Positions 60,370-64,000 of a DNA stretch of 64,000 nt are shown here, one piece after another. Every line of letters begins with the position of its first letter. Position 1 is the first letter of the stretch. A program made the translations under genes and the position numbers. The notes under the pieces were generated by a model. That model was not told the DNA's origin. It saw nothing but the letters and a program-made list of their open reading frames with translations, and made no database searches. Origin of the DNA: Eledone cirrhosa (lineage: Eukaryota); the NCBI GenBank assembly GCA_964016885.1, contig OZ024741.1, positions 48,608,001 through 48,672,000 on the forward strand, read 5' to 3'.

Positions 60370-63300
60370 CCACTATTACAGTCTAAATATTCTCCAATAT
60401 TACAGTCTATATATTCTCCACTATTCCAGTCTAAATATTGTCCGCTATTACAGTCTAAATATTCTCCGCTATTACAGTCTAAATATTCTCCGCTATTACA
60501 GTCTAAATATTCTCCGCTATTACAGTCTAAATATTCTCCACTATTACAGTCTAAATATTCTTCATTACTACGGTCTAAATATTCTCCACTATTACGATCT
60601 AAATATTCTCCACTATGACTGTCTAAATATTCTCCACTACTACAGTCTAAATATTCTTCACTACTAGGTCTAAATATTCTCCGCTATTACAGTCTAAAAA
60701 TTCTCCACTATTACAGTCTAAATATTCTTCACAAATACGGTCTAAATATTCTCCACTATTACAGTCTAAATATTCTCCACTATTACAGTCTAAATATTCT
60801 TCATTACTACGTCTAAATATTCTCCACTATTACAGTCTAAATATTCTCTACTATTACAGTCTAAATATTCTCCACTATTACAGTCTAAATATTCTCCGCT
60901 ATTACAGACTAAATATTCACTATTACGGTCTAAATATTCTCCGCTATTACAGTCTAAATATACTTCGCTACTACGGTCTAAATATTCTCCGCTATTACAG
61001 TCTAAAAATTCTCCACTATTACAGTCTAAATATTCTCCATTATTACAGTCTAAATATTCTCCACTATTACAGTCTAAATATTCTTCACTACTACGGTCTA
61101 AATATTCTCCCCTATTACAGTCTAAATATTCTCCACTATTACAGTCTAAATATTCTTCACTACTACGGTCTAAATATTCTCCGCTATTACAGTCTAAATA
61201 TTCTCCACTATTACAGTCTAAATATTCACCACTATTACAGTCTAAATATTCTCCACTATTGCAGTCTAAATATTCTCCACTATTACAGTCTAGATATTCT
61301 CCACTATTACAGTCTAAATATTCTCCACTATTACAGTCTAAATATTCTTCACTACTACGGTCTAAATATTCTTCACTATTACAGTTTAAATATTCTCCAC
61401 TATTACAGTCTAAATATTCTCCACTATTACAGTCTAAATATTCTTCACTACTACGGTCTAAATATTCTCCGCTATTACAGTCTAAATATTCTCCACTATT
61501 ACAGTCTAAATATTCTCCACTATTACAGTCTAAATATTCTCCACTATTACAGTCTAAATATTCTCCACTATTACAGTCTAGATATTCTCCACTATTACAG
61601 TCTAAATATTCTTCACTACTACGGTCTAAATATTCTCCACTATTACGGTCTAAATATTTTCCACTATTAGGGTTTAAATATTCTCCACTATTACAGTCTA
61701 AATATTCTCCACTATTACAGTCTAAATATTCTCCACTATTACAGTCTAAATATTCTTCACTACTACGGTCTAAATATTCTCCGCTATTACAGTCTAAATA
61801 TTCTCCACTATTACAGTCTAAATATTCTCCACTATTACAGTCTAAATATTCTCCACTATTACAGTCTAAATATTCTCCACTATTACAGTCTAGATATTCT
61901 CCACTATTACAGTCTAAATATTCTTCACTACTACGGTCTAAATATTCTCCACTATTACGGTCTAAATATTTTCCACTATTAGGGTTTAAATATTCTCCAC
62001 TATTACAGTCTAAATATTCTCCACTATTACAGTCTAAATATTCTCCACTATTACAGTGTAAATATTCTTCGCAACTACGGTCTAAATATTCTCCGCTATT
62101 ACAGTCTAAATATTCTCCACTACTACGGTCTAAATATTCTCCACTATTACAGTCTAAATATTCTCCGCTATTACAATCTAAATATTCTCCCCTATTACAG
62201 TCTAAATATTCTCCACTATTACAGTCTAAATATTCTCCGCTATTACAATCTAAATATTCTCCGCTATTACAGTCTAAATATTCTCCGCTATTACAGTCTA
62301 AATATTCTCCGCTATTACAGTTTAAATATTCTCCGCTATTACAGTCTAAATATTCTCCACTATTACAGTCTAAATATTCTCCACTATTCCAGTCTAAATA
62401 TTGTCCGCTATTACAGTCTAAATATTCTCCGCTATTACAGTCTAAATATTCTCCGCTATTACAGTCTAAATATTCTCCGCTATTACAGTCTAAATATTCT
62501 CCACTATTACAGTCTAAATATTCTTCATTACTACGGTCTAAATATTCTCCACTATTACGATCTAAATATTCTCCACTATTACGGTGTAAATATTCTCCAC
62601 TACTACAGTCTAAATATTCTTCACTACTAGGTCTAAATATTCTCCGCTATTACAGTCTAAAAATTCTCCACTATTACAGTCTAAATATTCTTCACAAATA
62701 CGGTCTAAATATTCTCCACTATTACAGTCTAAATATTCTCCACTATTACAGTCTAAATATTCTTCATTACTACGTCTAAATATTCTCCACTATTACAGTC
62801 TAAATATTCTCTACTATTATAGTTTAAATATTCTCCACTATTACAGTCTAAATATTCTCCGCTATTACAGACTAAATATTCACTATTACGGTCTAAATAT
62901 TCTCCGCTATTACAGTCTAAATATACTTCGCTACTACGGTCTAAATATTCTCCGCTATTACAGTCTAAAAATTCTCCACTATTACAGTCTAAATATTCTC
63001 CATTATTACAGTCTAAATATTCTCCACTATTACAGTCTAAATATTCTTCACTACTACGGTCTAAATATTCTCCCCTATTACAGTCTAAATATTCTCCACT
63101 ATTACAGTCTAAATATTCTTCACTACTACGGTCTAAATATTCTCCGCTATTACAGTCTAAATATTCTCCACTATTACAGTCTAAATATTCACCACTATTA
63201 CAGTCTAAATATTCTCCACTATTGCAGTCTAAATATTCTCCACTATTACAGTCTAGATATTCTCCACTATTACAGTCTAAATATTCTCTGCTATTACAGT

Positions 63301-64000
63301 CTAAATATTCTTCACTACTACGGTCTAAATATTCTTCACTATTACAGTCTAAATATTCTCCACTATTACAGTCTAAATATTCTCCACTATTACAGTCTAA
63401 ATATTCTTCACTACTACGGTCTAAATATTCTCCGCTATTACAGTCTAAATATTCTCCGCTATTACAGTCTAAATATTCTCCGCTATTACAGTCTAAATAT
63501 ACTTCGCTACTACGGTCTAAATATTCTCCGCTATTACAGTCTAAAAATTCTCCACTATAACAGTCTAAATATTCTCCATTATTACAGTCTAAATATTCTC
63601 CACTATTACAGTCTAAATATTCTTCACTACTACGGTCTAAATATTCTCCCCTATTACAGTCTAAATATTCTCCACTATTACAGTCTAAATATTCTTCACT
63701 ACTACGGTCTAAATATTCTCCGCTATTACAGTCTAAATATTCTCCACTATTACAGTCTAAATATTCACCACTATTACAGTCTAAATATTCTCCACTATTG
63801 CAGTCTAAATATTCTCCACTATTACAGTCTAGATATTCTCCACTATTACAGTCTAAATATTCTCTGCTATTACAGTCTAAATATTCTTCACTACTACGGT
63901 CTAAATATTCTTCACTATTACAGTCTAAATATTCTCCCCTATTACAGTCTAAATATTCTCCACTATTACAGTCTAAATATTCTTCACTACTACGGTCTAA
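60370..64000 (+). repeat. Duplication, offset 1963 bp, plus nested 576-bp (24-monomer) duplication
   Basis: CAAATACGG at 60732 and 62695; rare TTGCAG at 61259, 63222 and 63798; shared TTCCAG-TATTGT and CTACTAGG variants. Confidence 0.85.

Larger units (their letters stand above)
1..64000 (+). repeat. 24-bp tandem satellite array, consensus TCTAAATATTCTCCACTATTACAG, about 2,670 monomers, running off both window edges
   Basis: Every line of the window consists of this monomer or a close variant in the same orientation. Period 24 is read directly (e.g. units starting at 2461, 2485, 2509). No non-repeat insertion was seen. Confidence 0.99.

Noticed and set aside
10954-63560. Short + strand ORFs as a multigene family
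   Set aside because: They run from variant-created GTG/TTG codons to variant stops (mostly GCTAAATAA) or frameshifts, and simply trace the satellite duplications.
1-64000. CRISPR array (24-bp repeat)
   Set aside because: Repeats are directly adjacent with no unique spacers, leader or cas genes.
1-64000. Telomerase-synthesised long telomeric repeat like the 23-25 bp units of Candida/Kluyveromyces
   Set aside because: Unit size and strand skew fit, but 64 kb length, heritable variants and kb-scale duplications indicate recombinational amplification rather than templated synthesis, and the sequence does not match those repeats.
1-64000. AATATT palindrome (SspI site) in most monomers as a heat-shock element, operator or hairpin
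   Set aside because: It is only a 6-bp AT-rich dyad. GAATATTC appears only in rare variants and a third HSE pentamer is missing. It is useful only as a restriction site for a monomer ladder.
1-64000. Sequencing or rolling-circle concatemer artefact for the whole array
   Set aside because: Variants are linked, recurrent and hierarchically ordered, which random errors or copying of one circle would not produce. Individual duplications could still be misassembled.

Overview
The whole 64 kb window is one uninterrupted head-to-tail satellite array of a 24-bp monomer, consensus TCTAAATATTCTCCACTATTACAG (about 2,670 copies, consensus 29% GC, C-rich + strand). I saw no unique sequence, inversions, RNA genes, mobile elements or CRISPR spacers. 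All ORFs in the track come from the monomer being 8 codons long and stop-free in 3 of 6 frames; the + strand ORFs start at GTG/TTG codons created by variants. The structure lies in the order of variant monomers. It shows irregular kb-scale tandem duplications (offsets 552-5738 bp), a deletion cassette amplified 24 times, and a roughly symmetric layering in which related outer flanks enclose a more derived core, as in centromeric or heterochromatic satellites. A eukaryotic origin is likely but inferred, and I cannot name the organism or satellite family. Offsets were counted by eye from rare marker variants, and block boundaries are approximate.
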